Below, piece by piece: positions 26,246 to 36,050 of a stretch of DNA of 64,000 bases. Source of the stretch: Oscillospiraceae bacterium (lineage in GTDB: Bacteria > Bacillota > Clostridia > Oscillospirales > Oscillospiraceae); the NCBI GenBank assembly GCA_902765595.1, contig CACXAQ010000007.1, forward strand, positions 6,373-70,372, given 5' to 3'. A program made the translations under genes and the position numbers. The notes under the pieces were generated by a model that was given only the letters and a program-made list of their open reading frames with translations, made no database searches and was not told the origin of the DNA. Positions within the stretch are counted from its first letter, which is position 1; each line of letters begins with the position of its first letter.

Positions 26246-26352
26246 ATAATGATTATAGGATGACGAAAAGCCAAAAAGCTTTTCGCCGCGCCGCTTTGCG
26301 GCGCAGCAAAACAGCCTTGCTGTTTTGCCATATACTCATTGCAATGAGCATC
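26246..26352 (-). repeat. ~95-105-bp intergenic repeat, copy 2 (inverted relative to 15921-16015), followed by further hairpin units to ~26440
   Basis: The reverse complement reads GATGCTCATTGCAATGAGTATATGGCAAAACAGCAAGGCTGTTTTGCTGCGC...GGCGAAAAGC... Confidence 0.8.
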
Positions 26353-26445
26353 GGGCGAATGATTCTATGAATCATTCGCTGCCAAACCTGTCGTTTGGCA
26401 GCGAAATCAATCGGATCTCCGATTGATTTCGCCATCCGATGGTCA

Positions 26446-27375
26446 TTATAAATTTCCCAGTATGTAGACCAGCAGGGGGATGGTAAACAGGGAGAGGGCG
26501 GTGCTCTGGAGCGTGCCCTCGGCGGTATAGACCGGGTCCCGGTCGTACTGGTTGGCCATCACGGTGATGACCACGGCGCTGGGACTGCCGGCCACCACCA
26601 TCATGGTCATCCGCAGCACCGGATCCTGGGTCAGCAGACCGATGACGAACCAGGTGATCAGCGGGATCAGCAGCAGGCGCACCGCGCTTGCCGCATAGAG
26701 CCTGACGTTGCGGAAAGCATCCAGCAGGCTCACGCTGCCAAGGCTCGCGCCGATCACCAGCATGGACATGGGCGTGGTGGCCCCGGCCAGGGTGGAGATC
26801 AGGCCCTTGACGGCAGCGGGCACAGGCGGCTTCAGCAGGAAGAGGACCAGCGCGGCCAGAGCCGCCAGCAGCGGGATGCTGAAAATATCCCGGAGACGGA
26901 GACGGCTGTTTTCCCGCCCGCGCTGAAGAAGCCAGACGCCGTAGGTGAACAGCAGCACGTTGAAGGGCAGGCAGGAGAGGGAGACATAGAATACCGCGCG
27001 GCTCCCGGGAAAGAGGGCGTCCACGATGGGCAGGGCCACGAACATGCTGTTGCCCATGGCCATCAGCAGCTCAAAGAGAGATTTGTGCTCCCGGTCCCCC
27101 GGCATGAGCCGGGCCACCAGCCAGGCCACCAGGTAGCCCAGCAGCTGCATCACCCAGAGCACCAGGAACACCCTGCCCAATTCCGCCCAGCCCAGCTCCA
27201 CACCCGTACCCAGGGTGGAATTGAGGATGCTGGCAGTGAGAAAGACGTTCATGGTCAGGGAGCTGATGACCTTGATGGAGCCGCGGTCCATCGTGCCCCG
27301 GCGGGCCATCACATAGCCGATGACCATGATCACCAGGAACACAAGCATCTTGTTGAGAAGAGCAGTAAAATCCAT
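26446..27375 (-). CDS. AEC (auxin efflux carrier) family transporter
   Basis: 309 aa with 10 TM. Typical AEC N-terminus (MDFTALLNKMLVFLVIMVIGYVMARRG). Confidence 0.85.
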   Translation of the reverse strand: MDFTALLNKMLVFLVIMVIGYVMARRGTMDRGSIKVISSLTMNVFLTASILNSTLGTGVELGWAELGRVFLVLWVMQLLGYLVAWLVARLMPGDREHKSLFELLMAMGNSMFVALPIVDALFPGSRAVFYVSLSCLPFNVLLFTYGVWLLQRGRENSRLRLRDIFSIPLLAALAALVLFLLKPPVPAAVKGLISTLAGATTPMSMLVIGASLGSVSLLDAFRNVRLYAASAVRLLLIPLITWFVIGLLTQDPVLRMTMMVVAGSPSAVVITVMANQYDRDPVYTAEGTLQSTALSLFTIPLLVYILGNL

Positions 27376-27385
27376 GTCAAAAACC

Positions 27386-28804
27386 TCAGATCCGCAGGAT
27401 GAGCTTTGCGATAAAGATATAGATCAGCAGCGACACCGCGTCGGTCAGGGTGGAGATCAGCGGGTTTGCCATGACCGCCGGGTCCAGGCCGATCTTCTCC
27501 GCCCCGATGGGGAGGAGGCTGCCCACCAGCTTTGCGAACATGACGATGAACACGATGGAGAGGCTGACGGTGGCGGCCACGGCCACGGTGACGTTGGGGT
27601 TGGAGAGCAGCAGCCCGTCTACCAGCAGCATTTTGCCGAAGTTGACCACGGCCAGGGAGGCGCCGCAGAGGATGGCCACCCGCCACTCCTTCCACAGCAC
27701 CCGCAGGGCGTCCCGGGGCTCGATGTCGCCCAGGGAGAGGGAGCGGATCACGGCGGTGGCGGACTGGGCGCCGGAGTTGCCGCCGGTGCCCATCAGCATG
27801 GGGATAAAGGGCACCAGGCCCGCCACGGCGGCCAGGCGGCTTTCAAAGGCCGTCAGGATCATGCTGGTAAAGGTGGCCGAGAGCATCAGGAACATGAGCC
27901 AGGGGATGCGGTTTTTCCAGATCTCCAGAGGCGCGGTGCGGGAATAGGGCTTGTCGGAGGGGGTCATACCGGCCATCTTTTCGATGTCCTCGGTGGCCTC
28001 CTGTTCCATGACGTCGATGACGTCGTCAACGGTGACGATGCCCACCAGGCGCCCTTCCTTGTCTACCACGGGCATGGCCATCAAGTCGTAGTCGGAGAAC
28101 TTTTCCGACACGCTCTCCTGGTCCTCGGTGGTGGTGGCGAAGACCACGTTCCGGTCCATCAGCTCCTCGATGACGGTGTCGTCGTCGTGGAGCAGCAGGT
28201 CCTTCACCGTGACGATGCCTTCCAGCTCCCGGTGGGCGTTGGTGACAAAGCAGACGTAGATGGTCTCCTTGTCCTCGCCGATCCGGCGGATGCGGGCGAT
28301 GGACTCCTTGACGCTCATGTATTTTTTCAGGTCCACGAACTCCGCGGTCATGATGCTGCCGGCAGAGTCCTCGGGATAGTGCAGGTACTGGTTGATCAGC
28401 TGCCGGGTCTGGGGGGTGGCGGTACGCATGACGCGCTTGACCACGTTGGCGGGCAGTTCCTCCATCATATCCACCGCGTCGTCCACGTACAGCTCTTCCA
28501 CAATGCCGGACAGCTCCGTGTCGGTGATGGAGTTGATGATGCGCTCCTGCTCCGGAGCCTCCAGATTGGCGAAGACCTCGGCGGCGGTCTCCTTGGAGAG
28601 GAGCCGGAACACCGCGAGCATCCTGGCGTCCTCGATCTCGGAGAGGAATTCCGCCACGTCGAACTCGTTCATTTCCTCCAGACGCTGCTGCAGGCCCTTC
28701 CGGTCCTTCTTCTCCAGCAGCTCCGTCAGCTCGTCGTAGCGCTTTTCCTGGATCGCCTCATAATCCATGGCTTCCAGGATCTCGTTTTCCTCCAAGCCGC
28801 TCAC
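27386..28804 (-). CDS. mgtE: magnesium transporter MgtE
   Basis: 472 aa. An N-domain, tandem CBS domains and a C-terminal TM domain (GNSGAQSATAVIRSL). The start is uncertain: GTG 28804 overlaps the GGAGG, and TTG 28795 is better spaced. Confidence 0.9.
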   Translation of the reverse strand: MSGLEENEILEAMDYEAIQEKRYDELTELLEKKDRKGLQQRLEEMNEFDVAEFLSEIEDARMLAVFRLLSKETAAEVFANLEAPEQERIINSITDTELSGIVEELYVDDAVDMMEELPANVVKRVMRTATPQTRQLINQYLHYPEDSAGSIMTAEFVDLKKYMSVKESIARIRRIGEDKETIYVCFVTNAHRELEGIVTVKDLLLHDDDTVIEELMDRNVVFATTTEDQESVSEKFSDYDLMAMPVVDKEGRLVGIVTVDDVIDVMEQEATEDIEKMAGMTPSDKPYSRTAPLEIWKNRIPWLMFLMLSATFTSMILTAFESRLAAVAGLVPFIPMLMGTGGNSGAQSATAVIRSLSLGDIEPRDALRVLWKEWRVAILCGASLAVVNFGKMLLVDGLLLSNPNVTVAVAATVSLSIVFIVMFAKLVGSLLPIGAEKIGLDPAVMANPLISTLTDAVSLLIYIFIAKLILRI

Positions 28805-29044
28805 CTCCAGCGTACAATTTGAAACATCTCATTTTATCATGGGCGGCGGGGGATTACAAGCAAAATCGCCGGCAGTCCGCCTCAGTCCGCCGATCTTTCC
28901 TGTGCCGGGGCATATCTTGGGGCGAAACATTTCCGTCCATTTCTCCCGGCAAAGTTGATGGATTCAACAGCGCCGTTTGACGCCCTTCTCGAAATTACAT
29001 AACTATAATGATCTTACCTTATGTAAACTACGGAGGGCGAGAAC

Positions 29045-31363
29045 ATGGCATTGGAAGGACAGAAGAAGCTGGCGGCGCTGCCGGGGGCGTATCGGGAGAA
29101 GCGGCAGACGCTGGCGGCGCGCTGGGGGATCTATTTTCTGCTGGGCTTTACCATGGCCTGCGCGCGGGTGCTGGGGACCGGCGGGCCCTTCGGCATCGCG
29201 CTGGTGGCCTGCGCCGGCCCGGGGATGACGGGAGTCTGCGCCCTGCTGGGGGCCTCGCTGGGCTATCTTGTCAGCGGGGGACTGGAATGGGGGATCCGCT
29301 TCATCGCGGGCACCGTGCTGGTCTACACGGTGAGCTACCTCTTCCATGAGCTCCCGGTCTATCGGCAGCCGCTCTTCATGCCGGGGGCTGCGGCAGCGGT
29401 GGCGGCGCTGACAGGCTTTTTGGGGAGCTTTGCCTACGGCGTGTCGGGGCGGCCCCTCTGGGCGGAGCTGCTGCTGGAATCGGCCCTGGCCTTTGGGGGC
29501 GCCTATTTTTTCCGCGAGGCTCTGTCCGGTGGACGGCGGAACACCGAAACAGAGGAGCTGCGCCACGGAGTGGCCTGGATGGTCCTGTCCGCCTGCGTTT
29601 TGATGACCCTTTCCCGGCTGGTGTTTCTCGATACCGTCTCCGTGGGCCGCCTCCTGGCCCTGCTGCTGGTGATGACCACCGCCATGAAGGGCGGGATCCT
29701 CACCGGCGCCGCAGTAGGGACGGTGCTGGGGCTGGCCGTGGACATGGCGAGTCCCGGGGCGCCCTTCTACACCATGGCCTATGCCTTTTGCGGGCTGCTG
29801 TCCGGGGTCTTCGGCAAGCACGGGCGCCTGCTCTTTGTGCTCTCCTTCCTGCTGGCGGACGCGCTGGCGGTGGTCAGCGCCTGGAACACGGAGGCCTATG
29901 TGAGCGCGCTGATCGAATGCTTCTGCGCGTCGGTGCTCTTCATGCTGCTGCCGGGGAGCCTGCTCAACCAGATCGGGCTGCTGCTCCAGGTCAACGAGCG
30001 GGGCAGCGGCGAGTCCGGCCTCCGCCGCTACGCGGCCGGGCGGGTGCGCCAGCTCAGCGAGGCCTACGGCGAGCTGATCCAGGTGGTGCAGGAGGGCCTG
30101 ACGGAGCCCTACAACGATGAAAATATCGCCCGGGTCTTCGACCGGGCCGCGGACGCGGTATGCGTGACCTGCAGGCACAAAAACCGCTGCTGGAACGCGG
30201 AATACATGGACACCCTCTCCGCCATGAACGACGCCACCCGGGCCATGACGGAAAACGGCAGCCTCCGGGAGGAGGACCTGCCCCAACACTTCCGGGAGCG
30301 CTGCGAGGGGCTTACTGCCTTCGTCACGGCGGTAAACGGCGAGCTGCGGGGGCTCAACTACCGGCGGCAGCTCCGCAGCCGATTGCAGGAGATGGGGAAC
30401 GTGGCCTGGGGGCAGTATTCGGACATGGCCCAGGTCCTGGGGCGGGTCTCCTCGGAGCTGGGCAGCATCAACGGGGCCGACCCCCTGGCGGAGCGCCGCC
30501 TGATCCGCTACCTCAGGGGCATGGACATCGACGCGGAGACCGCCGTGTACCGGGACGGCCGGGGCCGGCTCCGGGTGGTGATCGAGAGCGGGCGCCTGAG
30601 CCCCCTGACCCGGCAGGAGGACTGGCTGGAAAAGCTCTCCTCCGTGGTGGGCCTGCGCCTGTGCCAGCCGGAGGAGGCCCCGGAGGGGAGCTCCCGGCTC
30701 ACTCTGCTGGAGGCGGAGCCCCTGGCGGTGTCGGTGGGCATCGCGGCGCTGAAAAAGAAGGGGGAAAAGGTCAGCGGCGACCGGGGCAGCTACTTCAAGA
30801 CCGACGCGGGGGTACTCTGCGTCATCCTGGCCGACGGCATGGGCACCGGAGACGAGGCGGCCCGGGACAGCGCCCGGGTGGTCAGCATCCTGGAGAAATT
30901 CCTGCGCTCCGGGGCGGATCCGGCGGTGGCCATGAAGATCCTCAACTCTGTCATGCTGCTGCAGGGCGGGGAGAGCTGGGGCTTTGCCACGGTGGACCTG
31001 ATGTGCGTGGACCTTTTCAGCGGGGAGACCTGCTTTTACAAGTACGGCGCTGCCCCTTCCTATGTGAAAAGCGGAAAAAACGTCCGCCGCATCCAGGGGG
31101 AGACCCTGGCGGCGGGACTGGAGCTGGGGGAGGGGGCGGCCCCGGACGTCGTGCGCATGCGTCTGCGCCCCGGCTCCACGGCGGTGATCGCCTCCGACGG
31201 AGTGATCGCCGACACGGATGACGACTGGATCAAATCGCTTCTGGGCGGAGAGTACACGGACATGAAGAGCCTGGCCCGCGGCGTGCTGCGGGAAGCGGAG
31301 AAGCTCTACGGCGCCGGAGACGATATGACCGTCGTGACATTGCGGGTGGAGGAGAGAGCATGA
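29045..31363 (+). CDS. spoIIE: stage II sporulation protein E (PP2C phosphatase)
   Basis: 772 aa. About 10 N-terminal TM segments, a central domain and a C-terminal PP2C (VILADGMGTGDEAARDS...IASDGV). Confidence 0.88.
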   Translation: MALEGQKKLAALPGAYREKRQTLAARWGIYFLLGFTMACARVLGTGGPFGIALVACAGPGMTGVCALLGASLGYLVSGGLEWGIRFIAGTVLVYTVSYLFHELPVYRQPLFMPGAAAAVAALTGFLGSFAYGVSGRPLWAELLLESALAFGGAYFFREALSGGRRNTETEELRHGVAWMVLSACVLMTLSRLVFLDTVSVGRLLALLLVMTTAMKGGILTGAAVGTVLGLAVDMASPGAPFYTMAYAFCGLLSGVFGKHGRLLFVLSFLLADALAVVSAWNTEAYVSALIECFCASVLFMLLPGSLLNQIGLLLQVNERGSGESGLRRYAAGRVRQLSEAYGELIQVVQEGLTEPYNDENIARVFDRAADAVCVTCRHKNRCWNAEYMDTLSAMNDATRAMTENGSLREEDLPQHFRERCEGLTAFVTAVNGELRGLNYRRQLRSRLQEMGNVAWGQYSDMAQVLGRVSSELGSINGADPLAERRLIRYLRGMDIDAETAVYRDGRGRLRVVIESGRLSPLTRQEDWLEKLSSVVGLRLCQPEEAPEGSSRLTLLEAEPLAVSVGIAALKKKGEKVSGDRGSYFKTDAGVLCVILADGMGTGDEAARDSARVVSILEKFLRSGADPAVAMKILNSVMLLQGGESWGFATVDLMCVDLFSGETCFYKYGAAPSYVKSGKNVRRIQGETLAAGLELGEGAAPDVVRMRLRPGSTAVIASDGVIADTDDDWIKSLLGGEYTDMKSLARGVLREAEKLYGAGDDMTVVTLRVEERA

Positions 31364-31704
31364 TCCACAGGCTGCGCGCGGGACTGGCGGGGCTCTTATC
31401 CCGCTTCCGCCGGCGGCCCCGGCGGGAGCGGCTGCCGGAGGTCCGGGGGACGGCGCGGAATGTGATCGTGGTCAAGTCTCGGGACCCGCGCTTTCAGGAG
31501 ATCCTGTACGTCCTGCGGGACGACTATTATTCCGATCCGGACTGTGACCGGGCGGAGCTGCTGCGGCAGGCCAGGGAGGCCGCCCGGGCGGAGACGGGGA
31601 GCGTTCTGCCGCCCGGGCCGCGCCTCCCGCTGTGGCCGGCTGGGCTGCTGCTGGCCGGCGCGGTCCTGATCCTGATCCTCACGGGGGTGATCATGCTTCC
31701 ATAA
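31360..31704 (+). CDS. hypothetical small membrane-anchored protein
   Basis: 114 aa. ATGA overlap with the spoIIE stop. A basic N-terminus and a single C-terminal TM. Confidence 0.5.
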   Translation: MIHRLRAGLAGLLSRFRRRPRRERLPEVRGTARNVIVVKSRDPRFQEILYVLRDDYYSDPDCDRAELLRQAREAARAETGSVLPPGPRLPLWPAGLLLAGAVLILILTGVIMLP

Positions 31705-31779
31705 AAAACGAAAACGGAATAGGGAATCGATAGCAGGGAGCCGCGCGCTCCAAAGGAGGGCGTCTTTTACGCCAAACGG

Positions 31780-31815
31780 AAAACCCCCGCTGCAAAACTG
31801 CAGCGGGGGTTTTTC
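31780..31815. terminator. bidirectional intrinsic terminator
   Basis: AAACCCCCGCTGCA-aaac-TGCAGCGGGGGTTTTT. Confidence 0.88.
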
Positions 31816-31833
31816 GGAAATCGAAGAAATCGA

Positions 31834-32034
31834 TTACTTGATGCCGTACTTCTTGTTGAACTTATCCACGCGGCCGCTGGTGTCGACCAGCTTCTGCTTG
31901 CCGGTGTAGAAGGGATGGCACTTGGAGCAGATCTCAACGGTGATGTTCTGCTTGGTGGAACCGGTCTCGATCACGGCGCCGCAGGCGCAGCGAATGGTGG
32001 TCGGCTGATAGTTGGGATGGATTCCTGCCTTCAT
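31834..32034 (-). CDS. rpmE: 50S ribosomal protein L31 (Zn-binding type)
   Basis: 66 aa. [66 protein letters not shown]. The in-frame upstream extension to 32280 was rejected. Confidence 0.93.
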   Translation of the reverse strand: MKAGIHPNYQPTTIRCACGAVIETGSTKQNITVEICSKCHPFYTGKQKLVDTSGRVDKFNKKYGIK

Positions 32035-32264
32035 GGTGGTACGCTCCTCATCTAAGGCTGCCATGATTGTGTCTGGAGGCAAACGCCGCTTCATCCGCCT
32101 TCGGCATCTCCCGGATGATCTGTGCCCTGATCTCGTCACTTTTTCTTGAGATACACAAAAAGTATCCCTGCGAAAAAGTGCCATCATCAGAACCCAGATC
32201 CTCTCGAGATCTGCTCTCGCCGAATGAACCGTTGTTTGCCAAACAGGCATAGTTACATGGCGCA
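32035..32264 (-). promoter_or_regulatory. long structured 5' leader of rpmE (candidate r-protein autoregulatory leader)
   Basis: ~230 nt lie between the predicted promoter and the start. Nested hairpins (CAGAUCUCGAGAGGAUCUG, GAUACUUUUUGUGUAUC) and a long-range GGCAAAC...GUUUGCC pairing. Confidence 0.35.
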
Positions 32265-32270
32265 ACGAGG

Positions 32271-32299
32271 ATTGTAGCACAGCAAACCGGGAAATGCAA
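32271..32299 (-). promoter_or_regulatory. sigma-A-type promoter candidate for rpmE
   Basis: On the minus strand: TTGCAT, 17-nt spacer, TACAAT with an upstream TG. Confidence 0.55.
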
Positions 32300-32367
32300 G
32301 GATTATTTTTGTGATTTTAGGCTGTTCGAGGGGGTTTCCAACGACGAACAGCCCCAGCTCTTCGTGC

Positions 32368-32489
32368 GGGCGACTGATAGCCGCCCCTATGGCGCAAAGG
32401 CAGGTTCACCCGTAGGGGCGCTTCATGAAGCGTCCGCGAAGCAAGTCGGATTACCGACTACGGGCCGTTCATGAACGGCCCCTACGAGG
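32368..32489. repeat. cluster of REP-like hairpin units (GTAGGGGCG family)
   Basis: GGGCGACTGATAGCCGCCCCTAT, CGTAGGGGCGCTTCATGAAGCGTCCGCG and CGGGCCGTTCATGAACGGCCCCTACGAGG, in a non-coding gap. Confidence 0.75.
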
Positions 32490-32555
32490 AAGACGGACAG
32501 TTCCCATAGCGTCGACCAGGGGACGGCGTCCCCCCCGCCTTCTAAAAACGAAATA

Positions 32556-35500
32556 CTAAACACGCACCGGCACCGTCTCGCCGATCGAAAGGAAATACAG
32601 CAGGCACTCCCGGACGGGCTTTTGGCAGATGCGCCTGAGGGCTCCGGCGTAGGCCCGCAGCTGCCCGGCGTAGACCAGCGCCCGCTTTTCTGCCTCCGCC
32701 CGGTTCTTCACCCGGTCGGTCTTGTAGTCGATGACGGTGAGGCTGCCGTCGGCTTCCTCCAGATAGCAGTCCACCACGCCCTGGAGCAGCAGCTCCTCGC
32801 CGCTTCCCACGGGAAAATAGTCCTCGGCGGGGCAGAGCAGGGAGAACTTGAACTCCCGCCGCAGCTTCGGCGCGGAGAGCATCCGCTTTCCCAGGGGGGA
32901 TGCGAAGAGCCCCACGATGGCCCGGGCGTCCACGGCCTCGGCCTCCCGTTCGGAGAGGAAGCCCTGCTCCCGCAGCCGCCGGATCTCGCCCAGGACCGCG
33001 TCAACGCTCCCGGTTTCGGCAAAGTCCATGACCTGCAGCACCAGGTGGGTGGCGGTGCCCTTTTCCGCCCCGGTGAGGGGCTTTTCCGCCCGGGCAAAGT
33101 CCGGCAGACGGAAGGGCCTGTGCTTCCGGGGACTGAGATCCTGCGCCTCCGGGTCGGATTCGGTCCGGCCCTTCAGTTCGGTGGCCGTGACCTTGGAGGG
33201 CAGCGCCTCCGCCTCCCGGTGGGGATAGACGAAGGAGAGCCGACGCTCCAGCTCCCGGAGGGCCTCCGGGTCCGGCCGGACGTCTGCCGCGGCAGCCGTC
33301 TCCTGCTCGGCCTCTCCCGGCTCCCGGAGCTGCAGGGTCAGGTGCTGTTCTTCATCCGCAAGGATGGCCGCCGTGAGCCACAGGGCCGGGCTTTGGGCCC
33401 GGGCCAGCAGGGCGGGGGCCATGGGAGTGGCGGCAAGGCCCCGGGCTTTCTCCAGCAGGGCCTCCGGATCCCGGACGGCGGCGGTGAGGAAGAGCCGCTC
33501 CCGGGCACGGGTCATGGCCACATACAAAAGCCGCAGCTCCTCCGAGAGCATCTCCCGGTCCAGCCGCAGGGCCACGGCGTTCCGGGCCAGGCCCGGATAC
33601 TCCACCCGGCGCTCCAGATCCGTCACCTTGGGGCCCAGGCCCAGCTCCGGGTGCACCAGCACCGTGCCCCGGGCGTCCTGCCTGTTGAAGCTGTGGGCAA
33701 GGTCCGAGAGGAACACCACGGGAAATTCCAGGCCCTTGGATTTGTGTACCGACAGGATGTGCACCGCCGAGCCGCTTTCCGCGCCCAGGGAGGGCTCCTG
33801 CCCCTTTTCGGCCATGCGCCGCAGCCAGAGCACAAAGCGGTGCAGGCCCCGGTAGCCGGTGGCCTCAAAGCGCTCGGAGAGCTCCACCAGCTCCAGGAGC
33901 CGGGCCCGGCGCTGATCCCCGTCCCGCATGGCGGAGCACACCGCCAGCAGATCCAGCTCCTCCAGCAGCTGTTCCACCAGCTCGGAGGCCCTCAGATCCG
34001 GCGCCTGCCGGCGCAGTCTCTCCAGAAGCGTCAGGAAGTCCTGACCCTGCTGATGGGATTGCGACCAGGTCCGCAGCGCGGTATAGAAGTCGCCGTTCGG
34101 ATCCGCCGCCCGGATGGCGGAGAGGGTGTTGGCGTCAAAGCCCAGGGCGGGGGAGCGGAGTACCGCGATCAGGGGGATGTCCTGATGGGGGTTATCCAGG
34201 ATGGCCAGCATGGACAGCACCGCCGACACCTCCGCCGCCCGGAAGAAGCCGCCCCCCTGGCCGAAGCCCACAGGGATGCCGCGTCTCGTCAGCTCCCGCC
34301 GGTAGACGGGGCCAACGGCGTTGGCGCTGCGCAGCAGGATGGCGATGTCGCCGTAATCCAGGGGCCGTTCGCCTCCGCCGTCTTGCACGGTCATGCCGGA
34401 GGCCATCAGCGCCCGGATCTTCTCCGCCACCAGGGCGGCCTCCAGGGCCTGCTTGTCCGGCGTCTCCTCGTCGCCGCCCTTTTCCGCCCGCAGCAGCGTC
34501 AGCTCCGGCACGGGGACGCTGCCCGTGTAGCCCTCCGCGCCGAAGCGCAGGGCCGCGGCCTCGTCATAGTCGATGTCGCCCAGGGCCCGGGACATGCAGC
34601 GGGAGAACACGGCGTTGGCCCCGTCCAAAATCTCCCGGCGGGAGCGGAAATTCTCTCGCAGCAGGATGCGCCGGGGCTGACCGGGGAGGGCCTGGCCCGC
34701 ATCGGCGTAGCTTTCATATTTTTCGGTGAAGATGGTGGGGTCCGCCAGCCGGAAGCGATAGATGGACTGCTTCACGTCGCCCACCAGGAAGAGGTTGCTC
34801 CCCTCCTGGGACAGGGCCCGGAAAATGTCGTCCTGGACCCGGCTCACGTCCTGATACTCGTCCACCAGGATCTCCGCGTAGCGGTCGCGCACCCGGCGGG
34901 CCAGCTCTGTGGGCGCGCCGTCCTCCCCCAGGAGGAGGCGGGCGCTCATATGCTCCAGATCCGCGTAATCCACCAGGTTTGCCCGGCGCTTGGCCGCGGC
35001 AAAGGCCCGGTCAAAGTCCTGCACCAGCAGGAGCAGCGCCTTCATGGCGGGGGCGGTGAGGGCCAGATCCCGCAGCAGCGTCTCCGAGGGCTGGGCAAAG
35101 ACCTGCCCCAGCTTTTCCATAGCCTGCTTGCAGGCGGTTCGGCGGGCCTTGAGTCCCTCGCTCAGGACCGGATCGGGAGACTTGCGCAGCGTGCCCTGGC
35201 GGAAGGGGATGGGGAAGCAGCCGCGGGCCTTTTCCCAGCCCAGCCGCAGGCAGCGGCAGAGCTCCCGGAGGCTGTCCGCCGTCTCCGCATACCCCGCGAG
35301 CCAGGCCTTGGCAATGGCGGGCTCGCTTCGGACAAGGGCCAGCATCCGGTCGAATTCCGCGGCCCAGTAGTCGGCGGTCTCGGCGGCGTTTTGCAGCAGC
35401 TCCCGGCCCCACACCGTCTCTCCCGCGTCCGCCGCCGGGGCCTCCAGCTGACGGATCTGCGCCTCGGCCCAGAGGTCGGGCCGGGCGTGGCACTGCATCT

Positions 35501-36050
35501 TGTCGTAGAGCTCCAGCACCAGCTCGCCCAGCCGACCGTCGTCCCGGCCGGCGCCCACGGTGTCCGCCAGCAGGAGGAAGCCCGGGTGGGCCTCCGGCTT
35601 GTCGTAGCAGGCGTCCAGCACCCGCTCCAGGGCGGCGGCCTTCATGCTTTGGCCCCGCTGCTCGTCCAGGATGGCAAAGTCCGGCGCCACGCCCGCCAGG
35701 TGGGCGTTTTCCCGCAGGAAGGCGGCGCAGAAGCTGTGGATGGTGCCGATCTGCGCCTTCCGCACCAGGGCGCTCTGCCGCCGGAGGCGGCGGTTGGAGG
35801 GGTCCGCGGCCAGGGCTTCCGCCAGAGCCTCGGTGATCCGGCTGCGAAGCTCGCCGGCGGCGGCCCGGGTAAAGGTGATGATGAGAAAGCGGTCCAGATC
35901 CACCGGGGATTCCCCGTCGCAGATGCGGGCCATCAGCCGCTCGGTGAGGACCCGGGTCTTGCCGCTGCCCGCGCCCGCCGAGACCAGCACGGCGCTCCCG
36001 CGGGCCTGGATGGCGGCGCGCTGGGCGTCGGTAGGATGAAATTCACGCAT
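32556..36050 (-). CDS. addA: ATP-dependent helicase/nuclease subunit A
   Basis: 1164 aa. UvrD-type helicase (AGAGSGKTRVLTERL) plus a C-terminal PD-(D/E)XK nuclease. Confidence 0.93.
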   Translation of the reverse strand: MREFHPTDAQRAAIQARGSAVLVSAGAGSGKTRVLTERLMARICDGESPVDLDRFLIITFTRAAAGELRSRITEALAEALAADPSNRRLRRQSALVRKAQIGTIHSFCAAFLRENAHLAGVAPDFAILDEQRGQSMKAAALERVLDACYDKPEAHPGFLLLADTVGAGRDDGRLGELVLELYDKMQCHARPDLWAEAQIRQLEAPAADAGETVWGRELLQNAAETADYWAAEFDRMLALVRSEPAIAKAWLAGYAETADSLRELCRCLRLGWEKARGCFPIPFRQGTLRKSPDPVLSEGLKARRTACKQAMEKLGQVFAQPSETLLRDLALTAPAMKALLLLVQDFDRAFAAAKRRANLVDYADLEHMSARLLLGEDGAPTELARRVRDRYAEILVDEYQDVSRVQDDIFRALSQEGSNLFLVGDVKQSIYRFRLADPTIFTEKYESYADAGQALPGQPRRILLRENFRSRREILDGANAVFSRCMSRALGDIDYDEAAALRFGAEGYTGSVPVPELTLLRAEKGGDEETPDKQALEAALVAEKIRALMASGMTVQDGGGERPLDYGDIAILLRSANAVGPVYRRELTRRGIPVGFGQGGGFFRAAEVSAVLSMLAILDNPHQDIPLIAVLRSPALGFDANTLSAIRAADPNGDFYTALRTWSQSHQQGQDFLTLLERLRRQAPDLRASELVEQLLEELDLLAVCSAMRDGDQRRARLLELVELSERFEATGYRGLHRFVLWLRRMAEKGQEPSLGAESGSAVHILSVHKSKGLEFPVVFLSDLAHSFNRQDARGTVLVHPELGLGPKVTDLERRVEYPGLARNAVALRLDREMLSEELRLLYVAMTRARERLFLTAAVRDPEALLEKARGLAATPMAPALLARAQSPALWLTAAILADEEQHLTLQLREPGEAEQETAAAADVRPDPEALRELERRLSFVYPHREAEALPSKVTATELKGRTESDPEAQDLSPRKHRPFRLPDFARAEKPLTGAEKGTATHLVLQVMDFAETGSVDAVLGEIRRLREQGFLSEREAEAVDARAIVGLFASPLGKRMLSAPKLRREFKFSLLCPAEDYFPVGSGEELLLQGVVDCYLEEADGSLTVIDYKTDRVKNRAEAEKRALVYAGQLRAYAGALRRICQKPVRECLLYFLSIGETVPVRV

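Noticed and set aside
28805-28990. M-box (Mg2+) riboswitch upstream of mgtE.
   Set aside because: The minus-strand leader lacks the conserved M-box elements I recall (e.g. GUUAGGUGAGGC near the 5' end and CUAAAGCUCUACG near the 3' end). The spacer is also only ~190 nt of unrelated GC-rich sequence.
31834-32280. The 148-aa ORF that extends rpmE upstream.
   Set aside because: The L31 homology starts at MKAGIHPNY (32034). The extension has no RBS, has an Arg/Ser-rich odd composition, and overlaps the predicted leader.
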